From NCBI GenBank assembly GCA_002633005.1, contig NMRA01000635.1, forward strand, positions 46,321-83,697: a stretch of DNA of 37,377 bases, read 5' to 3'. Made by a program: the position numbers and the translations under genes. Numbering within the stretch: the first letter of the stretch is position 1; every line of letters begins with the position of its first letter. The notes under the pieces are model-generated. The model made no database searches. It saw only the letters and a list, made by a program, of their open reading frames with translations, and was not told the DNA's origin. This stretch comes from Phoronis australis. Its lineage: Eukaryota > Animalia > Phoronida. Below are positions 11,715 through 23,425 of the stretch, piece by piece.

Positions 11715-13725
11715 GGCCAAACAAGTGAAGTTGGTTGTGGTCTTTACCTTGACTTATTTTGAGACCTCAGTTCACTGACCAAAGAAAAACATCCGCCCAA
11801 TTCAATTTCAGCCAAAGTCTCATATTTTTAAAGGAGCATGCCACCCAAAAAACAACCTAATTTGTATCAGTTTAGATCGAGTAGTTCTACTCCATAACGA
11901 CACGTACGATTGCGTTACCTGACACCTAACGGCAGGCAGAGGTGTTGAAATTATCCAATGACGTCATCGGTTTCACACGCAGTCTGTTCAGCAGTTCACA
12001 ACACGGGCTACTGGTGTCAGCTTATCGCTTGAAGTCATCGTTTAACACCAATAAATCATCAAACTTCGATGTAACACCTTTGAAAATACACCGAGTTCTT
12101 ATAAAAACGTGTTGTTTCATTTCGCTCTTACGGATTTATTGGTATTTGGACACACCGTAGCCTACAAAGTTCGGCAGGCCAATAAGGTCCGTAGCAGGAG
12201 TTTGGGGTCTGTTTGGAGATAATTTCGAAGTAGTTTCCGTGAGATATAGACAGGATAACCTAGATCTGTGTTGTTTAAGACTTGTGATTTTTTAGTTCTA
12301 AACACAAAACGCTTGTTATCCTGGCCAGTGGCTCGGAGCCCGATCAGGCCCGTCGCGGCCGGCCGGATTGACTCGGCCGTTATCCCGGCCAGTGGTTCGG
12401 AAACTGAACAAACATCACGAACATAAACCAGCCAAAGTTTAGTGGAAACTCAACTTCCAGTCAAGAAAATACTATACTAGTAAGCCAAAGTAATGTGCAC
12501 ATGATCATGTTGGTGAATTAGCCACGAAACTGCAAATTTACTTACTCGTTGGGGGCCGCGAATTCAGGTTCCGCTTTGTCCACAGCACTGTCAGGGCAGA
12601 AGTTGTACATTGACAATCATTATTTGAATAATGTAAATGTAAATAAAGATTCCCCTAACACCTGGCCGTGGGATGGAAATCGAGTTGTTTCCCAACAGTT
12701 TCTGCCAGCAAACACTAAACTAGCATGAGCTCACACGGCCTCGGTGTCCCGTCAATTAGTTTTATTGCACTTAAAGCCGGTAACGCAGTGATTTATTCAT
12801 TGCTGGCTTCTCAAATCATTTGCACTCATGAACACTCCAAGGGCATTACAATTAAATTGCATCTAATGAGACAGACTTTCTTTCAGTTTTATATAAGTAT
12901 TGGTTACTGTGAGAATAATTCATTTTGAAACAGAACGCTCAGTAATAAACGCCAACATGGCAACTCGCAATCCCGACTTAGGACGAGTTAGAGTTCATCA
13001 GTCCCGACTTTGCTGGTGGATCGTTAAGTTTTACAGGCTATCAATTTGAACAGGAATACAGTGATGAAGGAATACTAGAGAGGCGCCGTGAACAAGCTCA
13101 GACAACGGAAAGTATGGAGTTATTTGGTAAGTCGGCATTTGTCAGACACTGTCGACATTGTCTGCAGGCCACAGACACGGAGATGTTTCACGGCGTCATA
13201 CTTGCTATTTACAGCATACATTTCATTCTTCACTACCATGAGCCACTTCCTCAGCATTTCGGACTCTCGAGGAAGTGAAAAAAAAACGATATACCCGCTT
13301 TCCTCGCAGCTGCTTAGTTCGGACAAGCGGGAACGATGCACCACAACATAGCAGCATTCACTCTGCATATGAACCACTGACGTCGCTAGCGTCGTTTCTC
13401 ACCTTCCTCACAGGTTAACGCGACACCTCTTGGCAAGGTAAGGTCAACCGTATGCGAGGCGATGTGGATATAGACCGATTAAGACGACAAAAAAGACTAA
13501 TTTATTCGGGTGGCATTCTCCTTTAATACTGCTCAAAGGCAGGTAAGCTAAGTAACAAACATTTGAAATGTCATTATTTGCCAAGCGAGTAGAAAATGCT
13601 GCTATCATTTTTGTTTGTCTCAGGTGGTTTTTTTTTCTGAAAACAACTGCGAACAATTAAAAAATGCCACACCACCAACTAGATTTTTAAAAATAACAGA
13701 CCAGAACCAACCATGCTGTTTGGCC
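11715..13725. mobile_element. TIR element with 3-bp TAA target duplication (PIF/Harbinger- or Zator-type)
   Basis: TAA|GGCCAAACA..GTTGGTT..GGTCT at the left and AGACC..AACCAAC..TGTTTGGCC|TAA at the right. Confidence 0.75.
13160..13349 (-). pseudogene. Degenerate THAP domain from a different family
   Basis: MLWCIVPACPN*AAARKAGISFF(frameshift in the T-run)SLPRESEMLRKWL...KHLRVCGL; CRE-like TGACGTC just upstream at 13378. Confidence 0.7.
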
Positions 13726-14458
13726 TAAACGTGTAATAGATAACAAGTAAGACAGATTTTGTCCCATTTCCCTTGGTTGTTATAGTGCTAACAAGTAAAA
13801 TACAAAGCAAGATCTGGCTTAAGCTTTATAAGATATCATTTAGAGCTATAGAGTATAGGGAAAGGTTATGCAAAAGGATGGTGATTATGTCCAGTTGCTC
13901 TGCTCAGTTAGGAAACTCTTAAATGGTCTAATTGGGCTAATAGGCGCACAAGCAACCCTAATCTATTGTGTGCGAACAGACATAGATAAATGCAGTGGTG
14001 CTGTCACTTACAGTCATCTCTGCTCAGCAGTCGACAATAAAAGAAAATGGAGGTGATTGACATAGAATTACATGTGTTTCTGGTTAGTGTTATCTGTACA
14101 TCATATAAAGATAGTATGATTACGGCCATATATGTATGTATTTATTCCATAGGCTACTAGCCTTTTGAAACCATAAACTCACAGTTCTTACATAAAACGC
14201 AAGAAATTTTTGATAATGATAACCAAAATGTAGAACAACATTTAAATGGGTTAACAAAATGACAGGGTAAGCCTAGCAGCCCAGGCTTACACAAGTCCAC
14301 CAACACATTACTCCAGGCTTACACAAGTCCAAATCCGTTACATGAGTGCACACAGTGTAACAGCTGTTAGCTTCACAGTATAACTAGGCAACTCATACTG
14401 GAGCTGGCTGCACAGTTTAACTAGGCAAGTCATATTGGAGCTGGACAACTTACAGTAT

Positions 14459-15760
14459 TACAAGAGCAATGTAGAACGTTAAAATGTGCACACAAATGCA
14501 CTGAAAACAGGGTGCTTCTAGAATATTATTATTTATTAATTTTGTATTATAAAATGGCTATTAGATGGCACAAAAACGTCCAATCGAAGCGAAAATGGGA
14601 ACATGCCATTGCTTCTTTAGTAGAAAGCTATTAACAAAATTTCATAAAAATCTATTCAATGAACTTTAGAGAAACAAAGGAAAATAGAAAAAATGAAATT
14701 GCCACTAGGGGGCACAGCATTCTTTGGCTTCGCCTGAAAGACGTCGTCGTCTGCTGTTAGTTTCCCATAAAAAATACATTTACTATATTTAATAAAGATC
14801 CTGCAGGGGGTTTAGGAGATACAGCTAAGCTATGGGTGCAAAACAACACTACCACTAGGAGGCGCCACAGTAGTCAAAGCTGTCATCATCAACTGTCCTT
14901 TTCACACCGAGAAAGCCAATTTTCACAATCATCCTTTGAATGGTTTGGTTGACAGAGGAGTGGATGCCAAAAACACTCAAAAACAGCAAAAATGGCCACT
15001 AAGTGGTGCAAAATGCCTTGATTTCATCCAAAAATAGAAGGATAGCGTCATCTCACCAATAGATTCTCATATTTCAAATTTTATGAAAATCCGTTGATGA
15101 TCTTAAAAGATACAGAGACTAAAATTGCCGTGAGGGGGCACACCGGTAGTCAGATCCATCCGAAAGTGGTCATCGTCCGTTTTCAACATCACATAACTAT
15201 ATTTAAGAGATATGTCAGCCATGAGTGCAAAAAAACAAATTGCCACTAGGATGCGCCACTGTAGTCGAAGTCGTCGGAAAATCATCATGGGCCGTCCTCT
15301 TCATAGTAAGAACATGCCAATTTTCACAATCATACTTAAAGCAGTTTGGTTGATAGCGGGGTGTACACCAAAAAACAGACTCAAAAACAGTAAAAATGAC
15401 CACTAGGTGGTGCAAACTACGTCAAATCCATCCAAAAAAAGAGCATAGTGTCATCTCACTAAAAGATGCATATATGCCGTAATTTTATAAAAAACGTCAA
15501 GGACATTTCAAGAAACAGAAGATGAGGTAAACATAAAAAATTGAAATTGCCACTAGGGGGCACACCGATAGTCGGATCTGTCCGAAAGTTTGCTCATGCC
15601 GTCGCATCTATGAAAGAAGCACATTGTGCAAAATATCATGGACATACGTGAAAGGGTTTTGGAGGTAGAGCAGCAGACATCGTACCGACGCCGGAAGCCG
15701 GACAGACGGAGATGACGGCATAATAGATCCACATATAAATAAGTGGACACATGATTAAAG
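14459..15760 (-). mobile_element. Helentron/HINE (DINE-1-like) non-autonomous element with internal ~145-bp tandem units
   Basis: One end ACAAGAG; the other end has a GACA/GACG-rich tract followed by a TCCACATA..AAGTGGA stem-loop; internal diverged units each contain GCCACTAG(G/A)(G/T)GGC. Classification is inferred from architecture. Confidence 0.65.
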
Positions 15761-15818
15761 GGCGTGCGCTGTGACAAATAGTATTTCATTACACCTTCCA
15801 TCACATCTCTTGCCTCAC

Positions 15819-15968
15819 CTCAAACTGTGAGTCCAGTGTACTCTTGCCTGTCTGTCGGTTCTTAGTCATTAATGCAGGTATGGTAGTAGACGCACTTCCA
15901 CACTCTATTGCTGTCTCACCACATCTAATTGCCTCTGCCACAGCATTATGCAGGAAGTGGTACTGACT
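15819..15968 (-). CDS. RPTP exon: D1 end and D1-D2 linker
   Basis: 150 nt, ttttgcag / gtgagg; SQYHFLHNAVAEAIRCGETAI...STLDSQFE (absent from the ORF track). Confidence 0.95.
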
Positions 15969-16052
15969 CTGCAAAAGTCACATTTAAGGTGAACGTTACA
16001 CAGGACAATAGACTAACACCTAACAATGGGGGATACTTATGCTTGACCCACT

Positions 16053-16218
16053 TTCCGCAGGTGTTCACGGAGACACTCATGTGTAAGGTCTCCTGCAGGT
16101 GTTCACGGAGACACTCATGTGTAAGGTCTTCCGCAGGTGTTCACGGAGACACTCATGTGTAAGGTCTCCTGCAGGTGTTCACGGAGACACTCATGTGTAA
16201 GGTCTTCCGCAGGTGTTC
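16053..16218. repeat. 38-bp tandem repeat, about 4.3 copies
   Basis: GCAGGTGTTCACGGAGACACTCATGTGTAAGGTCT(CCT/TCC) at 16057, 16095, 16133, 16171 and 16209. Confidence 0.95.
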
Positions 16219-16459
16219 TTCTCTGGCAAAAATTAACCATCTTCATTACGAACGCAAAATAACTAAATGTTTTTAACAATAGGAGTTAACTGTCAAGCCC
16301 ATTTCAAAACAAGGTTACAATTCACTTTTAGCAAATAACCCGCCCCAACACAAATTGGCAGACATTGTGTCAAACCTCCATATTTCTAACACTTTAAAGT
16401 GCATATCATACATCTGGTGACAATTGAAAGTTATGCAAAGGAACCATCAAGGCTGTTAC

Positions 16460-16595
16460 CTGCGTTTGGACCATATTGACCCGTTGATTCCGTAAGAATT
16501 CTACACAGCCAAACACGTCAACCATATCATCAGCCCTGTGTTGTACCAGCAACAAGTCCAATGCAATGTATGTCCCCGTCCTACCAACTCCAGCA
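16460..16595 (-). CDS. RPTP exon: D1 P-loop and Q-loop
   Basis: 136 nt; SAGVGRTGTYIALD...LRNQRVNMVQTQ, completing HCSAGVGRTG. Confidence 0.97.
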
Positions 16596-17953
16596 CTGCA
16601 AGACAATAGAATAGGGACATAAAATGGAGACAAGTTCATTAATAAGTTACTTCTAAATATTAAGAGGTTCACTACATGGCACACTACAAAAGGTAAACGA
16701 GCTAGAGTGGGGACAGCAAAAGGATGTCTGACCAGTTCACAAACAGCATGGAAATTGGCACAGCAAGGTTTTATTGTGTCCAGTTGTAACCAATTTATCA
16801 GTCTCTTAGTTGACTAAAATTCTCTACAAAAACCAGTGGTGACGTTATTCTGAAATATATTTTAAAGCAGGAAAGAAATGAAAACCAAGACAAGTCATGC
16901 ATTTTCAGTACTCATCCAATATTTTGTGACTGTATCTCAAACAACACTATGGATATTAACAATGCGAATCTGAAGTTCATGAACTTTTCTGGCAATATCC
17001 TATCAAATCTGCACACTGAGGAGCAATATTCAATTAACCCCTCACAATAGGACACTAGCTGATGTTGCAGCACCGCTAATTAAAGAGTCATAAAATACAC
17101 CAGGTCATGATTCTTACACCCTGATGACACCCAAATTTACATATTATTTACAAAACCTCCATATCCTAACCTCATAAGAAAATTTAAAATTCCTGCCATA
17201 CGTAATTTTTTGCAAGCAATCTGATTACAGAGACTACAACGTTTGTTACAGACAAGTATTTTAACTGGCCGCCCTGAACAGGCACATAATTCGTGATATT
17301 GTTGGAGAATAGCAATTAAGGGATTATCAACGTGACTGCAGGCACCCCATGGTGGGCCACTGAATTCAATCATGGGTTCTTATTGTGTTCGCATTCAGGA
17401 AACCAATCCTTCCAAGCAATGGTGAATTTACACCTGTGACAGGTCGGTCATGTTTCACGGAACATAAGTGTGTCACAAAAAATAGCTACGTAAATACAAA
17501 CTAGCATAAGAATCCAAAATATGTGTATTATAAACATGATGTACAAAAGCTGTTACCAGGCTGGAAAAGAGCCTAAAGTGAAGCATTGTGGGTGTACAAC
17601 ACATTTTATCTATCTATTTTATCACCTCCAGACAAGTACATTGCTATGGTGATATTTTCATATTAGAGATCAGAAGTACTGCTGGCCATTTTACAACTTG
17701 TAATGAGTCTACTGTGTTTAGTTTTGACTGACACTCTTTTAAACATTCTATTGACAACATAGAGTCAAACGAACAGGTATTGCCAATGTATGATCTCGCA
17801 GTGGTTAAAAACCGTTTGACATGTACATCAAAACCAAATTTAATGTAAATATATGGCAAGAGATGAAAGAGATCTAATAGAAAAACTGTACTTAAGTTGC
17901 ACTTTTATTTCCCGTGTTATTGAAAACAAAGGTGTATTTTCTCTAAAACTTAC

Positions 17954-18105
17954 CTGCAGTGCACAACAACTGGTCCTTCACTTGTGCCATCCTGCAAGTG
18001 CACTTTACGTCTGAAGTTGAGTAGAGACGTAGCTACCTTAGGAACACCATGATCTGGCCATACAGTGAAATGAAATTGCTTAACTTGTCTTAGCTCGTCA
18101 AATTT
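17954..18105 (-). CDS. RPTP exon: D1 WPD loop to VHC
   Basis: 152 nt, ttttgcag / gtaagt; [17 protein letters not shown]...GPVVVHC. Confidence 0.97.
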
Positions 18106-18982
18106 CTGCAAAATATATAAGAGCATTCTAAAAAAATTACCCATTTCTTTCCAAGTAAAACACATGTAGCAGACATTGCACATCAAACACACTGACTTCA
18201 GTACGGTTATTATCAACCTTCACCCATTTTTCACAAATGAAATTCTTACTCAATGTTTAAAATCATTCCAGACCCAGAAGGATGCCATGTTTTTGACAAG
18301 CTGAAGTGTTGACCAACTACTACCAGCTCTCTTAGCTGCAAAGAAGACCCCTCCCAAACCAACATAGGGGTACTAAACATAGAAGACCCCTTCCACACCT
18401 ACACTCTCTGGGAACTAGAATGAAGGAACACTACAAATTTGACTGGCCATACTGTGAACAATGCCCAGGTTCTAGCCAGAGAAGAGTAGGGGAGAGTGGG
18501 GTAAAACGGACCACCGAGTAAAACAGCCATTTCCTCAGTTTTCTAGCTTAACACGGCTGGCGCCAGGTGGCTACTACACCATTTTATTGCTCGACTGATA
18601 GGGGTCGTAACCACATATTGGCGCGAATCTAGCAGAACTGCAGATGACATAAGTTGTGGCATGAAATATTTGATGCCCCTCGAAGTTAGGTGAGTACCTC
18701 CCTTTCGTAACATATTTAGAAAATGTAATGTACGAAATAAACTTGATTGTGTGATTAAGCTTAACAGTAATGCCTTGTGAATGAGACAACGACAACAAAA
18801 ATTAGTTTTCTTGGTGCATGCTTGATTGTGGTGACATCATTAACAGGTAAGACGGACAGCTGGGTAGTGGGATAAGACGGACAGCTGGGTAGTGGGATAA
18901 GACGGACAGGGTGACCATTTTACACCATACATATTTAATAGATAGCAGAAATAATTTTTAATGTTTTGTTTTGTTTTTAGAT

Positions 18983-21110
18983 AATGCCGCGGAAATATAT
19001 AAGAACGTCTACAAGAAATGTGTGGGTGAGTGAGGACATGGAGAAGGCAATAGCTGCAACGAGAAGGGGAGAGATGGGCTGTAAAACTGCTGTAAGGCAG
19101 TTTGAAGTACGTACCGAGAACTACTCTGAAGTGTAGATTCAAAGACCAGAATGTTCGGGCGAAGGGATCCTCCAAAGTTCTTGGTCTTTTTACAGTAAGT
19201 AATAAAATAAATTACATTGAAAAATTGTTTTAATAGATTAACATTTATGTCAACTATGAGACAAATTAAACATTTGATAAAGCGAGAATTGCAGTTTAAA
19301 TAGGCTGACTGTCTTGGTATGTGGTTCGAGTTTTTCATGTGAGGTGATGGTTTTTCAACCCCATTGGGATATTGCAGTTCCGTTGTAAGAGGTGATATAT
19401 CACTATACAACTACATTTCGCGCAAGATATAGAGCGTAGAACAGAATATTGTATAGCACAATTTTATAATTATTTGTATTACAGACCACCTTTACACCAG
19501 AGATGGAGCATGAATTGGAGCAGCATGTATTGAGGCTTGAAGAAACAATGTTTGGCATTGGCATTAAGGACATCTGACTTCTTGCTTATCAGCTGGCAGA
19601 GAAAAATGGAATACCACATCGATTCAGTAAGAACATGGCTGGAAAGGACTGGGTTTATGGGTTTTTATCTCGGCATACTGAGCTTGCCATCCATCCACCA
19701 GAGGCAACGTCAGCTTTAAAAGCACGTGGGTTCAACAAGGTTATCGTCTCTAAGTTTTTTGATGTCCTTGAAAAACTAATGGATGACTTCAACTTTGCAC
19801 CTGACCGTGTTTACAACGTGGATGAGACGCGACTCTCCACCGTACAATCCAGGCCTTTGCAAATTATAGCGCTTAAAGGAAAGAAACAAGTCGGAAGCAT
19901 CACATCAGCGGAACGCGGTCAACTTGTGACAGTTGAAATCTGCATGAGTGCCACGGGCACATTTGTGCCTCCCATGTTTGTTTTTCAGCGCCAGCGAATG
20001 AAAACGGAGCTGATGAATGGAACACCACACGGGTCCATCTACACTTGTCACAAAAATGGTTGGATACAAACTGAAAGCTTTTTCTAGTGGTTCCAACACT
20101 TTGTAACAGTTGGAGTAACGAAAGAAAACCCAGTACTGTTATGGGCTACTCGTCACACACGACCAACATAGATCTCATTATTTAATTACGCAAGAGACCA
20201 TGGTGTGCATATGCTGTGCCTTCCTGCTCACTGCACGCATCGATTGCAGCCGCTCGATGTATCATTCAGTGAAACCGCTATCCACTTATTACAACCAGGC
20301 GATAGAAGTTTGGATGCGAAACAATCCGGGGAGAACAGTAACAACGTTTCAAGTTGCCAAACTGTTCAACGAGGCATTACCTGAAGTCCACGATAGGTCT
20401 TATTGGTGCAAATGGTTTCAGGAAAACAGGCATTTATCCAGTCAATCGCCATGTTTTCCAGGATCATGTTTTTGCACTTTCATTTGTCACTGACAATACT
20501 TGCCACCAAGAAGAGGTCATTGTTGTTGACCACCTTATGAGCAAGCACATGCTGATACCAGCTAGCCTCCAGTCATTGGAAAACGAGAGAGGTTTAAAGG
20601 AAACGGCCAATGATTCGTTTGACAATAAACTCCCAAGAACAAGCCATGAAACCACGTATGTGTCTCCAGCAAACATACTTGAGGTACCGCACACACAACC
20701 ATATCAAGGGAAGGGAAAGGGTAAGGCAAGCGCTCAAGCAGCTCAGCAACTCTTCTTACTAGCAACCCATACAAGAAAACGCTTGATGATGCTGTCGAAC
20801 TAAAACGAACTAAAAGAAGACTGAAGAAATGGAAGAGCGGAAGAGAAACCGTGAAAAAAGAAAAGGAATGACTGGTTCGAAGAAAAAAGACTTTAAGCAT
20901 CAGCGCGCAAAGCACCAAAAAAGTCAGAAGAGAAGAAAGCAGCTGGCGACATCAATGATGATGAAAGCAATGACCAGGCCTGCATCTTATGCGAAGAAAC
21001 ATGCGATGATGATGGCTGGATCAAGTGCTCAAGTTGTGAAAAATGGGCTCTATGACCAATGTGCCGGGGTAGACAGCGAAGACGAAGATTACCTCTATGA
21101 CCTCTGCCTC
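18983..21110 (+). pseudogene. pogo-family transposase pseudogene (psq-type HTH, CENP-B-type HTH, DDE_1, C-terminal PHD-like finger)
   Basis: MPRKYIR...MEKAIAA...AVRQFEV; AGKDWVYGFLSRH; RVYNVDET; HRLQPLDV; CILC...WIKCSSCEKW. In-frame stops at 19575 and 20085, several frameshifts, and a deletion across the DG motif near 20140. Confidence 0.92.
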
Positions 21111-21156
21111 AAGCGACTGTTCGTGGTGGAAAATTTATTGTTAGTTGCTACATTAA

Positions 21157-22468
21157 CGGTGAAGGCAACTTTTTCTCATGTCACTTTTAGCAAAAATAAG
21201 GTTCGTTGATTATCCCAGACACATTTTTCACTTAATTACAGCTTTTCGTAACTTGATTAATTTCTCGTCCTCTACTCCGGAAGTGATGTTTTGGGAGGCA
21301 AGAGTTTCGCACCAATTTCTTTTCATTATAGACTGACTGTGAGAGCTGTCGAGTCAGTCATTGTTCTACCTCGTTTGTGATAAGTTCGGTCGTCGTTTGC
21401 TTTTGTTTACAAGTCAGTCAACTGGCATGCCACGCTGTTGCTGCGTGCAGGGATGTACTCATTATCGTCTCACACGCGCTTTGGGTACCTTGCGTCGCTT
21501 TCCAAAGGATGACATACTTCGTCGTACTTGGCTAGCTCGTTCATGTGAAGAATGCAGCGCTACCCGTCCACGCAACGTACAAAGCAATGGAGGGTTACCG
21601 AGTGTGTGGCAAGCATTTTCTGCTGTCAGATTATGACAGATATGTAGGTCCCTGCAAAACAATACCTGAAGAAGGGTACCATACCGTCGCTGTTGCTTCC
21701 CGGCAGTGCTCCGTTGCCAACCCCGAGAAGTGCGTTTTTGAAGCAAGAAGCCTCGTGAGCTGTGGCCACTATATACACTGACTGGAGGCACTTCATCTAC
21801 TGTCACCCATGCCTCCGAACATACCCCATTGCGTGCAATTCCGGGAACTAGCAGTGAATCGCCCTGAGGTGTTGTCTCTAGCCCAGAGCCTGTAAGCAGC
21901 CCTGCAGCAATGTTGAGTAGTGGAAGTGAATACAGGCCCAGTTGGACACCCAATGAAGAGGACAGTTCGTCATCCAATGAACATATCGGTGAGCCTAAGT
22001 TTGATATTAAGTTTATTGTGGACTTGTATTGGAGATATCTGGAAGGTGCCAGGTGTGTTGCGAGGGAGTCATGCGGCGGGATGTAAGCAGGTTGGTGCTC
22101 AGATCACCCTCCAATGGGAGTGTGTCGCGGGACACTCGGGCAAGTGGGACAGTTCTTCCTCTGTACGTGAGACGACAATGAGTACAGCCCAGTACGCAGC
22201 AACCGCGTGGCAAGTTGACTGACTCGTAAGCAAAAGCAAACGACGACCGAACTTATCACAAATGAGGTAGAACAATGACTGACCCGACTGCTCTCACAGT
22301 CAAACTATATGAAAAGAAATTGGCGCGAAATTCTTGCCTCCCAAAACGTCAAGACGAGTAATTAATTAAATTACGGAAAGCAGTAAATAAGACAGTGAAA
22401 AATGTGTTTGGGATAATCAACGCATCTTATTTTTGCTAAAACTGACATGAAAAAAGGTTGCCTTCGCC
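21157..22468 (+). mobile_element. Non-autonomous THAP-bearing Kolobok-like element nested in the pogo element
   Basis: TTAA at 21153-6 and 22469-72; termini (C/A)GG(T/C)GAAGGCAAC; about 310-bp inverted arms; internal THAP relic and a CxxGHxxxWxSS segment. Superfamily is inferred from the TTAA flanks plus THAP. Confidence 0.82.
21427..21700 (+). pseudogene. THAP zinc-finger domain relic
   Basis: MPRCCCVQGC...RRFPKDDILRRTWL...(frameshift) YRVCGKHF...LKKGTIPSL fits the THAP C2CH signature plus an AVPT-like motif. Confidence 0.85.
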
Positions 22469-23305
22469 TTAAAATGTAAACTGCCAGTTTCGTCATGTTA
22501 AGTTTTTAAAAGCTAAAAACGGATATAGTACAATGTATGATTTAAAAATAAAGAAGAAAAAGACTTTTGTTATGAAATTTCGTTGCATAAATCGATGATT
22601 ACATTTAATCTGTGTTCGTCGTAGTAGCAGGGCCGTTTTACCCAACTGCAGTGACCGTCTTAACCGCAAGGTAGGGTAAAACTGCCCAGCACCCCATAAA
22701 AAGTTCAATCTGTCTTGGGCCAAGACGGTGCAATTTTAATTCTACTAATTATGTTTTTTATAAACTAAAAGGTAAGCTCTTCGAACATGATTAATTCGTT
22801 GTACATACATTGTATACTTTTTGGGTAATGGATCTTTAAAGTTAAGGGTGCTGTTTTACCCCAATCTCCCCTACTAATATTCTCAGCAAGTTAAGGAGGT
22901 TGGCTACATCAAGATCAGACATCCCAGCATGCAATAAGGACCATGAACTGCAGCTCCCCTTGTATATGACCTAATTCTAGATCTGGGTCACCGAGATGTG
23001 TGAAATCCATCCAACTCGCTTAGTGAAGGTGGAAATGTTCGTATCCTCCACAACAAATGTTCATAACAAATGAATTTTACCTGCTCAACATGATCTGGAT
23101 AAATGAAAAACCTATTCTATCACAACAGACTACTTCACTGTTAAGAGATTATACTGAAACTCATTTCAAAACAGAAATTGACTTGACATTGTTATTGTCA
23201 TTCAAAAAACAATGCGCTAGCAGTAAATAAAGTGCCAAGGGAGATAATAACTGATCATGGAGTTAATTTCTGCTGTCTTGAAAATGTCAAGCAAAAATAA
23301 CTTAC

Positions 23306-23425
23306 AGTGAAAGACAAGGTCCTGATCGTGTACTCAGGTAACACATCTTCCTGTATGAGAGTCACACTAATGTCGCCATGAGTTTTCGACGTCCCCAAAT
23401 TTGGCCAGTACTTTTCACATTTGCG
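23306..23425 (-). CDS. RPTP exon: D1 KCxxYWP
   Basis: 120 nt, ctacag / gtaagt; RKCEKYWPNLGTSKTHGDISV...YTIRTLSFT. Confidence 0.96.

Larger units (their letters stand above)
18489..22871 (+). mobile_element. pogo/Tigger-type DNA transposon (Tc1/mariner-pogo group), decayed
   Basis: TIRs GGGGAGAGTGGGGTAAAAC (18489) and its near-perfect reverse complement ending at 22871; TA on both flanks (18487-8, 22872-3); subterminal GGGTAAAAC/GGATAAGACGGAC repeats; internal transposase relic. Confidence 0.93.

Noticed and set aside
12546-12620. Minus-strand segment ending in a strong GTAAGT donor (YNFCPDSAVDKAEPEFAAPNE)
   Set aside because: It is inside a mobile element, has no clear acceptor and is not needed for the RPTP model; at most a transposon gene relic.
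19537-21209. Separate genes for ORFs 19635-20087, 20200-20493, 20354-20803 and 20829-21209
   Set aside because: These are fragments or off-frames of one disrupted transposase.
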